A stretch of 64,000 bases of DNA. It comes from Pseudomonadota bacterium. GTDB taxonomy: Bacteria > Pseudomonadota > Alphaproteobacteria > Rhodobacterales > Rhodobacteraceae. This document shows positions 45,936 to 55,724 of the stretch, one piece after another; the stretch's first letter is position 1, and the number at the start of each line of letters is the position of its first letter. The translations under genes and the position numbers were made by a program. The stretch is from NCBI GenBank assembly GCA_040387915.1, contig JAZKCV010000008.1:104638-168637 (forward strand). The letters are read 5' to 3'. The notes beneath the pieces were generated by a model, which worked only from the letters and a program-made list of their open reading frames with translations, did not search any database and was not told the DNA's origin.

Positions 45936-46669
45936 CGGCTTTACCAGTTTCGACAGAAAAGCGGCTGGGTCTGGCGATTGATCTGGACACCTGCGTTGGC
46001 TGTCAGGCCTGCGTGACGGCCTGCAAAGGTTGGAATGATCAGGGCTACGGCGTACCTTTGTCGGACCAAAATCCTTATGGTACAGAGCCTTCTGGCGTAT
46101 TCTTAAATCGAGTTCACAGCTATACTATGCAACCTATTGAAGGTGCTGCACAAATCATAAATTTTCCTCGCTCTTGCCTGCATTGCGAGGATGCGCCCTG
46201 TGTGACGGTTTGCCCAACCGGGGCCAGCTACAAGCGCAGCGAAGATGGCATCGTTTTGGTGAATGAAGACGCCTGCATCGGCTGCGGTCTGTGCGCTTGG
46301 GCCTGCCCTTATGGTGCGCGCGAGATGGATCAGGCTGCGGGGGTGATGAAGAAATGCACGCTCTGCGTCGACCGGATTTACAACGAAAACCTGCCCGAGG
46401 AAGACCGTGAACCGGCTTGCGTGCGTGGTTGCCCGACTGGCGCGCGGCATTTCGGTGATTTCGCTGACCCGGATAGCAAGGTCAGCCGGCTGAGCGCCGA
46501 GCGTGGCGGCTATGCTTTGATGCCCGATCTCGGAACGAAACCGGTTAACAGATATCTGCCGCCGCGTAAGAAAGATGTGCGACAGGATGCCAGCGTTTTG
46601 GCCCCACTTTTGGACATCAGGGCCAGCGGTTTTGCCGGATGGCTCGACCGCGTGTTGGGGAAGATCTGA
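45932..46669 (+). CDS. soeB: 4Fe-4S ferredoxin-type iron-sulfur subunit (DmsB/PsrB-like), SoeB-like
   Basis: ATGA overlap with soeA. Four Cys clusters (CVGCQACVTAC; CLHCEDAPCVTVC; CIGCGLCAWAC; CTLCVDR...CVRGC). Confidence 0.75.
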   Translation: MTALPVSTEKRLGLAIDLDTCVGCQACVTACKGWNDQGYGVPLSDQNPYGTEPSGVFLNRVHSYTMQPIEGAAQIINFPRSCLHCEDAPCVTVCPTGASYKRSEDGIVLVNEDACIGCGLCAWACPYGAREMDQAAGVMKKCTLCVDRIYNENLPEEDREPACVRGCPTGARHFGDFADPDSKVSRLSAERGGYALMPDLGTKPVNRYLPPRKKDVRQDASVLAPLLDIRASGFAGWLDRVLGKI

Positions 46670-47538
46670 TGCATCCGGCACCTTCGGTTATTGTGTTTTC
46701 GGTGCTGTCGGGCGCGGGGTTTGGCCTGTTGTTTTATCTTGGGTTTGGGTTTGTACAGCTGTACGGAGGCGTGGCGTTTCTGTGGTGGGGCTTAGGTTAT
46801 AGCCTTGCCGTGATTGGCCTTTTGGCTTCAAGCTTCCATCTGGGCAATCCAAAACGGGCGTGGCGGGCGTTCTCGCAATGGCGGACAAGCTGGCTTTCGC
46901 GCGAGGCTTGGTGCTCGGTTGCGGCTTTGGTTTTGCTCGCTCCGATGGCGCTGTCAGATTGGCTGGAATTGGGTTTGCCACGCCCATTCGGTTGGCTGGG
47001 CGGGGCGTTGGCACTGCTCACGGTGTTCTCGACCGCGATGATCTACACCCAAATCAAAGCGGTGCCGCGCTGGCATCATTGGTTAACGCCGCTGATGTTT
47101 GTCGGCTTCGCTTTGGCGGGCGGTGCAATGCTGGCAGGGCAGGGATTTGCACCTGTGCTGCTGGCAATATTGGTGTTGATTTTGCTGGCAATTTGGCAGG
47201 TGGGTGATGGCCAATTTGCGCGGGCAGGCCAGAGTTTGGGCACCGCCACGGGGCTTGACCGCATTGGCGAAGTCACGGTGTTTGAACAGGCGCATACGGC
47301 CGGGAATTACCTGCTGCGAGAGATGATTTTCGTGGTGGGCCGCAAACATGCGCAGAAGCTGCGGGCGATTGCACTGGCACTGGCGGCAGTAATCCCAGCG
47401 GTTTTGCTGGCGATTTCCGGTGAGATTTGGGTGTTTGCTTTGGCTGCGATATGCCATCTGATCGGCGCTTTGGCCGCACGCTGGTTGTTCTTTGCCGAAG
47501 CCGAGCATGTGGTAGGGTTGTTTTACGGCAAACGCTAG
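46669..47538 (+). CDS. soeC: DmsC/NrfD-like membrane anchor subunit, SoeC-like
   Basis: ATG 46669 overlaps the soeB stop by 1 nt. 289 aa polytopic membrane protein. Confidence 0.65.
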   Translation: MHPAPSVIVFSVLSGAGFGLLFYLGFGFVQLYGGVAFLWWGLGYSLAVIGLLASSFHLGNPKRAWRAFSQWRTSWLSREAWCSVAALVLLAPMALSDWLELGLPRPFGWLGGALALLTVFSTAMIYTQIKAVPRWHHWLTPLMFVGFALAGGAMLAGQGFAPVLLAILVLILLAIWQVGDGQFARAGQSLGTATGLDRIGEVTVFEQAHTAGNYLLREMIFVVGRKHAQKLRAIALALAAVIPAVLLAISGEIWVFALAAICHLIGALAARWLFFAEAEHVVGLFYGKR

Positions 47539-47546
47539 GAGGGGCG

Positions 47547-48419
47547 ATGACTCCGCTGCAAAGGGTGCAAAATCTGCCGATCTGGCATGGGGCGGTGCAG
47601 GTGGAGCCCTTGGGTGGCGGCATCACCAATCTGAATTTTATCGCGGAAGATGAAACACAAAAGGTGGTGGTGCGGATCGGTGATGACATTCCGCTGCACC
47701 AGATCTTGCGGTTCAATGAATTGTCAGCCAGCCGCGCGGCTCATGCGGCGGGGGTGTCGCCAGCGGTGATTTACCATGCGCCGGGTGCCTTGGTGATCGC
47801 CTATATTCAAGGCCGCACCATGACGCCCGCAGATTTTGCCGATGATGCAGTGCTGGATCAGGCTTTGGCCTTGGTGGCGCGGGCGCATCGCGAAATTCCC
47901 CAGCATTTACGGGGCCCTACGCTGGTGTTCTGGGTGTTTCACGTGCTGCGCGACTATGCCGGAACGCTGCGGGATGCGGGATCGGGTTATGCTGCGGTGC
48001 TGGCGGAATTGCTGGCGCAAGCGGCGCAGCTTGAGGCTGCGGTGGGGCAGATTGATCTGGTGTTCGGCCACAATGACCTGCTTCCGGCGAATTTCCTGCA
48101 TGATGGCAAGCGAATGTGGTTAATCGACTGGGATTATGCCGGATTCAACTCGCCGCTGTTTGATCTGGGCGGGCTGGCTGCGAACAATGGGCTGACGGAG
48201 ACCCAAGAATCGCGGATGCTGGCCGCCTATTTTGACCGCAACCCTGATGCCGCATTATGGCGTAAATACAAAGCGATGAAGGCGGCGGCGGCGCTGCGTG
48301 AGACGCTGTGGAGCATGGTGTCGGAGATCTATTCCGAGATTGATTTCGACTTTGCCGCCTATACTGCGCAAAATCTTTCCACCTACCGGGCGGCCTTTGC
48401 TGCCTTTGAAAACACCTGA
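47547..48419 (+). CDS. choline/ethanolamine kinase-aminoglycoside phosphotransferase (APH) family protein
   Basis: Start at ATG 47547 (SD AGGAGGGG). Brenner motif VFGHNDLLPANFL and DWDYAGFNSPLFDLG, typical of the choline-kinase / APH fold. Confidence 0.65.
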   Translation: MTPLQRVQNLPIWHGAVQVEPLGGGITNLNFIAEDETQKVVVRIGDDIPLHQILRFNELSASRAAHAAGVSPAVIYHAPGALVIAYIQGRTMTPADFADDAVLDQALALVARAHREIPQHLRGPTLVFWVFHVLRDYAGTLRDAGSGYAAVLAELLAQAAQLEAAVGQIDLVFGHNDLLPANFLHDGKRMWLIDWDYAGFNSPLFDLGGLAANNGLTETQESRMLAAYFDRNPDAALWRKYKAMKAAAALRETLWSMVSEIYSEIDFDFAAYTAQNLSTYRAAFAAFENT

Positions 48420-48423
48420 GGAT

Positions 48424-50859
48424 ATGATGGTTAATCTACCCACCACCGCGCGCGCAGTGATCATTGGCGGCGGCATTATCGGCTGCTCGACCGCCTATCA
48501 CATGGGGAAACTCGGCTGGACCGACACGATCTTGCTGGAGCGCAAAAAGCTGACGAGCGGTACGACCTTCCATGCGGCGGGGTTGGTGGGGCAATTAAGA
48601 ACCTCGGCTAACATCACGCAATTACTGGGTTATTCGGTAGAGTTGTACAAACGTCTGGAAGCGGAAACCGGCTTGCAGACCGGCTGGAAGATGAACGGCG
48701 GCTTGCGTCTGGCCTGTAATGAGGCGCGCTGGACAGAGGTAAAACGGCAGGCGACGACGGCGAAATCCTTCGGGCTAGAGATGCATTTGCTGACGCCGCA
48801 AGAGGCGCAAGATCTGTGGCCGCTCATGACGATTGAGGATCTGGTGGGGGCGGCATACCTTCCAAGCGATGGGCAGGCGAACCCGTCGGATATTACGCAG
48901 TCTTTGGCCAAAGGCGCGCGGATGGCGGGGGTGAAGATTTTTGAGGATACCCCGGTGACGCGGGTGATCGTCGAAGATGGCCGCATACGCGGGGTGGAAA
49001 CGCCGTTTGGGGTGGTGGAATGTGAGAAGGTGATCTGCTGCGCGGGGCAGTGGACGCGGGTGCTGGCGGGCTCTGTCGGGGTGAATGTGCCGCTGGTTTC
49101 GGTTGAACATCAGTATATGATTACTGAGCGTATTGAAGGGGTTACGCCGGGTCTTCCGACTTTGCGTGACCCGGACCGACTAACCTATTGGAAGGAAGAT
49201 GTCGGCGGGCTGGTCTGGGGCGGCTACGAGCCGAACCCGAAACCTTGGGCGGTCAAGGGCATCCCCGACGGCTTTCATTTTGATCTTTTGACTTCGGATT
49301 TCGACCACTACAGCCAGTTCATGGAGGATGCGATTGCCCGCGTGCCAGCGCTGGCGACAGCGGGCGTTAAGCAACTTTTGAACGGGCCGGAAAGCTTTAC
49401 CCCGGATGGCAATTTCATCTTAGGCGAAGCGCCGGAGTTGAAGAATTTCTATGTTGGGGCGGGGTTTAACGCCTTTGGCATCGCCAGCGCGGGCGGTGCA
49501 GGCATGGCGCTGGCGGAATGGGCGGCGCAGGGCGAAGCGCCCTATGATCTGTGGCCGGTGGATATTCGGCGCTTTGGAAAAGTGCATCAGTCAACCGATT
49601 GGGTGCAGACGCGGACGCTGGAGGCTTATGGTAAACACTACACCATCGCTTGGCCGTCTGAGGAAATGACTTCGGCGCGGCCGACCCGGCGCTCGGCTTT
49701 GTATGGGCATTTGAAGGCAGCGGGCGCGTGTTTTGGCGAGAAACTGGGATGGGAGCGGCCGAATTGGTTCGCTGATCTGTCAGTTGGCGAGCTGCCGGTT
49801 GATCGCTATTCCTACCAGCGTCCCGGTTGGTGGGATCAGGTGCGGCGCGAGCATTTGGCCTGTCGGGAAGCGGCGGTGCTGATTGATCAGTCGTCTTTTG
49901 CGAAGTTTGTGGTGAAGGGGCCGGATGCTGCCAAGGCTTTGAATTATATAGCGGCGGGGAATGTGGATCGGGCGGTGGGATCGCTGACCTACACGCAGAT
50001 GTTGAACGCGCGGGGGGGGATTGAGGCGGATGTGACGGTGGCGCGAGTGGCTTGGGATGAGTTTTATATTGTCACTGGCACCGGCTTTGCGACGCATGAT
50101 TTCGACTGGATTTCTCGGAATTTGGTAGGGAATTGTCAGTTGCTCGATGTGACCTCTGGCTCGGCGGTATTGTCGCTGATGGGGCCGGATGCGCGTCGGG
50201 TTTTGACGGGTGTTTGCTCGGATGATCTGTCGAATGAAGGGTTCAAGTTTGGCACCGCGCGGCGGATTTCGGTGGCGGGTTGCCCGGTTTTGGCGCTGCG
50301 GGTGACCTATGTTGGCGAACTCGGTTGGGAATTGCACATGCCGACCGATGTGGCCGTGACGGTGTATGAGGCGCTGATGGCGCAGGGCGGCGTGGTGAAT
50401 GCGGGCTACCGGGCGATTGAAACTTTGCGATTGGAGAAGGGTTATCGGGCTTGGGGCGCGGATATTGGGCCCGATCACACGCCAGTTGAGGCGGGGTTGA
50501 TCTGGGCCTGTAAGATGAAATCGGGCTTGGATTTTATGGGCCGTGCGGCGCTGGAGGCGCAGCTTGCGGGCGGAGTTAAGAAGCGGCTAGCGGGGTTTAC
50601 GGTGGAGGATCCCTCGGTGATTTTGCTCGGGCGGGAAACAATCTACCGGGATGGCGAACGGGTGGGTTGGCTGTCTTCGGGAGGGTTTGGCCATACGATC
50701 GGTAAGCCGATTGGCTATGGTTATGTGCGCCGCGAGGGCGTCGATGCGGCGTTTATGACCAGCGGCAATTATGAATTGGAGGTCGCGTCAGAGCGGGTTG
50801 CAGCCAAGCTGCATCTGGGGGCGCTGTATGATCCGACGGGCGCGCGGATCAAGGCGTGA
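48424..50859 (+). CDS. dimethylglycine/sarcosine dehydrogenase family protein (FAD-dependent oxidoreductase + GcvT-like folate-binding domain)
   Basis: 811 aa. N-terminal DAO FAD fold (RAVIIGGGIIGCSTAYHMGKLGWTDTILLER...HAAGLVGQL), C-terminal aminomethyltransferase-like domain. ATG 48424. Confidence 0.8.
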   Translation: MMVNLPTTARAVIIGGGIIGCSTAYHMGKLGWTDTILLERKKLTSGTTFHAAGLVGQLRTSANITQLLGYSVELYKRLEAETGLQTGWKMNGGLRLACNEARWTEVKRQATTAKSFGLEMHLLTPQEAQDLWPLMTIEDLVGAAYLPSDGQANPSDITQSLAKGARMAGVKIFEDTPVTRVIVEDGRIRGVETPFGVVECEKVICCAGQWTRVLAGSVGVNVPLVSVEHQYMITERIEGVTPGLPTLRDPDRLTYWKEDVGGLVWGGYEPNPKPWAVKGIPDGFHFDLLTSDFDHYSQFMEDAIARVPALATAGVKQLLNGPESFTPDGNFILGEAPELKNFYVGAGFNAFGIASAGGAGMALAEWAAQGEAPYDLWPVDIRRFGKVHQSTDWVQTRTLEAYGKHYTIAWPSEEMTSARPTRRSALYGHLKAAGACFGEKLGWERPNWFADLSVGELPVDRYSYQRPGWWDQVRREHLACREAAVLIDQSSFAKFVVKGPDAAKALNYIAAGNVDRAVGSLTYTQMLNARGGIEADVTVARVAWDEFYIVTGTGFATHDFDWISRNLVGNCQLLDVTSGSAVLSLMGPDARRVLTGVCSDDLSNEGFKFGTARRISVAGCPVLALRVTYVGELGWELHMPTDVAVTVYEALMAQGGVVNAGYRAIETLRLEKGYRAWGADIGPDHTPVEAGLIWACKMKSGLDFMGRAALEAQLAGGVKKRLAGFTVEDPSVILLGRETIYRDGERVGWLSSGGFGHTIGKPIGYGYVRREGVDAAFMTSGNYELEVASERVAAKLHLGALYDPTGARIKA

Positions 50860-51174
50860 TCAGGCCATGTAGAACTGTTTTGGCAGCAAATACGGGTAGT
50901 TGGTGGTGGGATCGATCTCTATCTTCATGATCGGTGCCATCCATGCGCCCCAGCGTTTGTCGACAAGCGAGGTACGTAGATAGGCTTTTGTAGCCTCTAG
51001 ATCCTCGGTTTCGAAATAGCCGAACAGGGTTAATCCATGGCGGAAGATGTTGTAGTTGCGGATGCCTGCGGCCCGCAAAGCCTCCAGCATTTCGGGCCAG
51101 ATTTCGTCGTGGCGTTTGAGGTATTCGACCTCGTATCCGGGGCGGACTTCTAGCACCCAAGCGTATCCAGGCAT
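50860..51174 (-). CDS. rhaM: L-rhamnose mutarotase
   Basis: 104 aa from ATG 51174 (SD GGAAAGG). EYLKRHDEIWPEMLEALRAAGIRNYNIF matches the RhaM family (E. coli [28 protein letters not shown]). Confidence 0.8.
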   Translation of the reverse strand: MPGYAWVLEVRPGYEVEYLKRHDEIWPEMLEALRAAGIRNYNIFRHGLTLFGYFETEDLEATKAYLRTSLVDKRWGAWMAPIMKIEIDPTTNYPYLLPKQFYMA

Positions 51175-51176
51175 GG

Positions 51177-51986
51177 TTAACCTTTCCAGTTTTGGAAACA
51201 ATCCCGCATCAGGATGGTTTCGGTCAGCACGTCTTCGGTAAGCGTGTTCATATAGTCCTGATGCACGGCTTCCAGCGCCAGATGGCCGCGGTAGCCCGCG
51301 TCGCGCAGAGTGGCGAACATGGCGGGGAAATTCAGCGTGCCTTGCGCGAATTTGGCTTGCAGATGACCCATTTTGGCTTGGCGCAGGTGGACATGGGTGG
51401 CATGTTTAGCGAGGGGGTCGATTTCGTCCTGACGGTAACCGAGGCAGGTGAAGTGGCTGTAATCTAACGCCAATCCGACGCCGGTTTGGTCGACCATACG
51501 CTGCACCAGCGCGGGGCTTTCGGCCCAGCTTTGCACATGCGGCTCGATACAGAGGCGGGCTTTGTGGTGGGAGGCGACCTCAAGCAGGGCTTTGAGCGAT
51601 TCGGCGGCTTGGGCGGCGGCTTGATCACGCGATTGGCCGGGGTTGATGATGCCAGGGAGGATAAAAACGCTGGCTATTTCGGCCGCATCGGCGAAGGTCA
51701 GGACGGCATCTATATCTTTGATATTCTGCGATATTGTACCGGGAAGCGCCAGATTTTGGCCGCTTAGACCGTGACCCAACAGATGGTAATAGTTTGGGAT
51801 GGTGACGCCAAGGTCGCGTAAAGGCGCGGCTGCGGCTTTCGGGTCCGCGAGAATTTCCGTTTTGTTAAGACCTGAGCGGTAAGATAATCCGACATCCAGT
51901 GCGCCGATGGCCAAAGCGCGGCTGATGGCGGCACATTCTTGCAAACTACAGGCGGGGAGCGACCATGACGTAAGCGACAGTTGCAT
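51177..51986 (-). CDS. sugar phosphate isomerase/epimerase (xylose-isomerase-like TIM barrel) family protein
   Basis: Start at ATG 51986 (SD GAAGG); the upstream ORF-track extension is Pro-rich junk. About 270 aa with TIM-barrel conserved acidic and His residues (CIEPH, LDYSHF). Confidence 0.65.
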   Translation of the reverse strand: MQLSLTSWSLPACSLQECAAISRALAIGALDVGLSYRSGLNKTEILADPKAAAAPLRDLGVTIPNYYHLLGHGLSGQNLALPGTISQNIKDIDAVLTFADAAEIASVFILPGIINPGQSRDQAAAQAAESLKALLEVASHHKARLCIEPHVQSWAESPALVQRMVDQTGVGLALDYSHFTCLGYRQDEIDPLAKHATHVHLRQAKMGHLQAKFAQGTLNFPAMFATLRDAGYRGHLALEAVHQDYMNTLTEDVLTETILMRDCFQNWKG

Positions 51987-51987
51987 T

Positions 51988-53037
51988 TTAACCTTCAATC
52001 TGAACGGCTGCACCTGAGGCCGCCGAGGCATACATCGCAGCGATGGCTTCGGTGACGCGGGCACCATTTTCGCCATTGGCGGGGTTGCCGACGGGTTTTC
52101 CGGCGCAGAGGGCGGCGAAATGGCTGACGGGCAGGGTGCCGTCATAATCGGCCTCGCCGGCGGCCATTGTGTAGGTTTCATTCGTGCCGTCGAGGCGGGA
52201 AAGTTCTAACCGCGCGCGGCCCGCTTCGCAGTCAAACCAGATCACGCCTTCGGTGCCATAAAGCCGCACATCGGTGTGCATCCCGCGATGTTTTGGCACA
52301 GTGGAGGCACCAGAAAGTGCCACAGTCGCGCCATTGGTGCAGCGGCCCACGGCGGCGTCGTAGTAGTCAACGCCAGTTTTCGATTTGGTATCAAGGCAGT
52401 AGATGGATTGGAACTTCACATCGGCGACATAGCACAGCCAAGCCAACGAATGGCTCATCTGACCCCAAGCATAACCGCCGGCCTTTGCGGGATCGGACCA
52501 TGTCGAGGCTGGCGGGCGGAACAGGTGATTGGCGGTTTCCAGCATCGGCTCGCCCGCCATCAGATCATCCAAGGCGCTGCCCATCTGGCAAGCGGCGTGG
52601 CGGATTTGGCCGATCTTACCCGCACGGACCCAATCGGCGGCTTGTGCAGAAAAACGCGTGTAGTTGAGGCCGGTAGAAATCAGAACCTCGCGCGCCGACG
52701 CAATGCCAGCGGCGGCAATGGCGCGGCCATCGGCGGCACTTGTGGCCATCGGTTTTTCGACCAATACATGCGCGCCCGCTTGCAGGGCGGCGATGGCGGG
52801 GCGGGTGTGGGCGATATGGGGGGTAGAGATGATCACGCCGTCAAGCGCTTCGGCCTTAACCATTTCATCGACATCAGAGTAGCGGGCAGAGATGCCGAAT
52901 TGATCGCCGACTTGTGCCAAGCGCGCAGGGTCAAGGTCGCAGATCGCGATTTTGTCTACATCGTCAGAGGCTTGCAGGGTGGGAATGTGATTGAAGCAAG
53001 CCCACCAACCGATGCCGACGACTCCGATTTTGGCCAT
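51988..53037 (-). CDS. Gfo/Idh/MocA family NAD(P)-dependent oxidoreductase
   Basis: N-terminus MAKIGVVGIGWWACFNHIPTL plus the EKP motif (HVLVEKPMA), characteristic of the family. Confidence 0.8.
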   Translation of the reverse strand: MAKIGVVGIGWWACFNHIPTLQASDDVDKIAICDLDPARLAQVGDQFGISARYSDVDEMVKAEALDGVIISTPHIAHTRPAIAALQAGAHVLVEKPMATSAADGRAIAAAGIASAREVLISTGLNYTRFSAQAADWVRAGKIGQIRHAACQMGSALDDLMAGEPMLETANHLFRPPASTWSDPAKAGGYAWGQMSHSLAWLCYVADVKFQSIYCLDTKSKTGVDYYDAAVGRCTNGATVALSGASTVPKHRGMHTDVRLYGTEGVIWFDCEAGRARLELSRLDGTNETYTMAAGEADYDGTLPVSHFAALCAGKPVGNPANGENGARVTEAIAAMYASAASGAAVQIEG

Positions 53038-53038
53038 G

Positions 53039-53755
53039 TCAGTCTTCCTGTGCGACGGTGGATTGGTAAACGTTCTGCATATGCGCCTCGGCTGCGCTTG
53101 CTGCTGCGGCGGGGTCGCGGGCTTTCAGCGCATCCAGCAGGCGGCGGTGGTCTTGCAAAGATTGATCCAGCACGCCGGGACGTTCGGAAGCGCGTTTGCG
53201 GAACTCTAGACCGATCACGTTCAGGGTTTCGCCGATGCGCTTCAGGAACGCGTTACCAGAACCAATCCAGATGATTTCGTGAAACTCAAAGTCAGATTTG
53301 CGGAAGGCAATCGCGTCGCCGATGGTGTCGTGCTGGGCGGTGAGGACTGCCTCAAGCCGCGCTAGATCGGCTTCGGTGATATTGACGGCGGCGCGGCGGG
53401 CGACATCGGATTCGATGAGGGAGCGGGCATCGTAAAGCTCGCGGATGTTCATTTGTTCGAGCGACAGGTAGAACTGTATCGGGCCGAGTAAAGCGTCGGG
53501 GCCAAGATCAGAGATATACGCGCCGCCGCCTTGGCGCGATTTCACCACGCCCAGCACCGCCAATCCGCGCATCGCTTCGCGCACCGAGGGGCGCGATACG
53601 TCGAGGGAAAGGGCCAGATCACGTTCGGGCGGCAGGGCGTCTCCGGCTTTCAGCACCCCGGATTTCACCATGTCGAGGATGCGGCGGACCACCATTTCAG
53701 CGACGGATTCGCGCTGCAGCGGGGTTTCAAATTCGATGCGGATCGGGTCGGTCAT
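53039..53755 (-). CDS. GntR family transcriptional regulator (FadR/FCD subfamily)
   Basis: N-terminal wHTH (PPERDLALSLDVSRPSVREAMRGLAVLGVVKSRQGGGAYI), C-terminal FCD domain. Confidence 0.8.
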   Translation of the reverse strand: MTDPIRIEFETPLQRESVAEMVVRRILDMVKSGVLKAGDALPPERDLALSLDVSRPSVREAMRGLAVLGVVKSRQGGGAYISDLGPDALLGPIQFYLSLEQMNIRELYDARSLIESDVARRAAVNITEADLARLEAVLTAQHDTIGDAIAFRKSDFEFHEIIWIGSGNAFLKRIGETLNVIGLEFRKRASERPGVLDQSLQDHRRLLDALKARDPAAAASAAEAHMQNVYQSTVAQED

Positions 53756-54711
53756 GCTGCAACCTCGGGCTTGAAGGACCTAGGAGTAGAGAGTTTGATG
53801 CGCGGGATCACCACGGATGCGATCAGCAATAGGCCAATCACGCCGGTTTGGATATGGCCGGTGATGCTGAGCAGCGCCATGCCGTTGCGCAGGTTCAGCA
53901 CGATCAGGATCGCGAGCAGAGTGCCGACGAGGCTGCCTTTGCCGCCGAAAATGCTGACCCCGCCCAAGAGGACGATGGTGATGACGTCGAGTTCAAACCC
54001 ACTGGCGACATCGCCGCGCACCGCGCCGACGCGAGCGGCATAGAGCAGGCCTGCGAAGGCGGCGGCGACACCGGACATGGTGAAGATGATGATTTTATGC
54101 CGGGCGGTGTCGATGCCCGCGAAGTCTGCGACATCGCGGTTCGAGCCGATCACATAGGTTTTACGGCCAAAACCGGAGCGTTCGAGCAGGATATACAGCA
54201 GGATGAACAGCACGACGAAGGCGATCAGGGCGAAGGGCACCGGGCCGATCAGGCCCTTTTGTCCCAAGGCTGCAAACCAATCGGGGAAGCTGCCGATGCC
54301 GCGATCTTCCAGCATGACGCGGGCCAGACCGCGAAAGCCGATCAGGGTGGCGAGGGTGACGACGAGGCTGGGCAGGCCAAGGCGGGCGATGAACCAGCCG
54401 TTGAACAATCCGCCTGCGATGCCGATGAACAGGCAGATCAGAATGACGAGGGGCGCGGGGAGGCCCATTTGGTAAAGATAGCCGAAAGTGCAGGCGGAGA
54501 GGCCCATCATAGAGCCAACCGAGAGATCAATCTCGGCGTTGATGATCACAAAGGTCATCACCAAGGCAAGGATGATTTTCTCGATGGAAAGCTGGAACAG
54601 GTTGATTTGGTTTGATACTCCGAGGAAATCGGGTGCTGCGATGGCGTTGAAGGTGAAGATCACCACGAGGCAGGCGAACAGGAAGCCTTCCCAAGAGAAC
54701 AGACGGCTCAT
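53752..54711 (-). CDS. sugar ABC transporter permease (RbsC/RhaQ-like)
   Basis: 319 aa polytopic protein. ATGA overlaps at both ends. Confidence 0.8.
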   Translation of the reverse strand: MSRLFSWEGFLFACLVVIFTFNAIAAPDFLGVSNQINLFQLSIEKIILALVMTFVIINAEIDLSVGSMMGLSACTFGYLYQMGLPAPLVILICLFIGIAGGLFNGWFIARLGLPSLVVTLATLIGFRGLARVMLEDRGIGSFPDWFAALGQKGLIGPVPFALIAFVVLFILLYILLERSGFGRKTYVIGSNRDVADFAGIDTARHKIIIFTMSGVAAAFAGLLYAARVGAVRGDVASGFELDVITIVLLGGVSIFGGKGSLVGTLLAILIVLNLRNGMALLSITGHIQTGVIGLLLIASVVIPRIKLSTPRSFKPEVAA

Positions 54712-55724
54712 TTCGTGGTCTCCTTCGATTTTTTGGCGCGCAGTTTGGCAAGGCGGCGCGACAGGATGGTGTCGGTGGCGACGGCGAGCAGGATGAGCGC
54801 GCCAAGCACGGCCTCGCGCCAGAATTCGGAGACCACTGCCCAGCGAACGAGGCTGGTTTCCAACAGGTCCACCAAGATCGCGCCGAGGAAAGCCCCGATT
54901 ACCGAACCGGATCCGCCGAAGATATTGACGCCGCCGACGACGCTTGAGGCGACCGATTTCAGCTCAAACCCTAGCCCTGCGACGACGGTGATATTGCCGA
55001 AACGGGCGAGGAACATGAAGCCCGCGAGGCCTGCCATCAGGCCCGACAACGCGAAAGCCGCGAACACCACGCGTTTGGCGTCGATGCCCGCCATGTCGGC
55101 GGCTTCGGGGTTGGAACCGACGGCAAACAACGCACGGGCGGGGCGCAGGCGGGTCAGGCAGAGGTGGACGAGGAGGACAACGACGAGGCTGGCGGTGAAG
55201 CCCGCGCGGAATTCCAGCGTGCCGATCGAGAACACTGGCAGGTTGGGGAAATCGGTGAGCCATGTCGGCAGGCTGTCGGAGGTGATGGATTTTGCGTTGG
55301 AATATTCGACGAGGAACGAGCGGAACAGCGCCATGGTGGCGAGGGTGACGATGATCGAGGGCACGCGGGCATAGGCGACGAGAAGACCGTTGATGATGCC
55401 AAAACTTGTGCCAACGAGCGCGGCGTAGAGCAGCAAAAGCAAAGGGTTAAGCTCTGGGTGGTTGGTGATGATCGAGCCTGTGGCGAAGGCGGTAAAACCG
55501 ACGACAGAGCCGACAGAGAGGTCGATATTGCGGGTCAGGATCACCAGAGTTTGTCCGGTGGCGATCAATGCCATGATGGCGACCGAGGAGGAAATCCGGT
55601 TGAACAGGCGACCGTTCAAGTAGCCTTCGATTTGGCTGGCGAAGAACAGGATGACAATGGCGAGCACCGCAAGCAGCGCCAGAATGCGCAAAGCGGCGGG
55701 GGAGAGGCGGGAAAGTAGGCCCAT
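54708..55724 (-). CDS. sugar ABC transporter permease (RbsC/RhaP-like)
   Basis: 338 aa polytopic protein with an NIDLSVGSVVG-type motif. Start overlaps the ATPase stop. Confidence 0.8.
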   Translation of the reverse strand: MGLLSRLSPAALRILALLAVLAIVILFFASQIEGYLNGRLFNRISSSVAIMALIATGQTLVILTRNIDLSVGSVVGFTAFATGSIITNHPELNPLLLLLYAALVGTSFGIINGLLVAYARVPSIIVTLATMALFRSFLVEYSNAKSITSDSLPTWLTDFPNLPVFSIGTLEFRAGFTASLVVVLLVHLCLTRLRPARALFAVGSNPEAADMAGIDAKRVVFAAFALSGLMAGLAGFMFLARFGNITVVAGLGFELKSVASSVVGGVNIFGGSGSVIGAFLGAILVDLLETSLVRWAVVSEFWREAVLGALILLAVATDTILSRRLAKLRAKKSKETTK

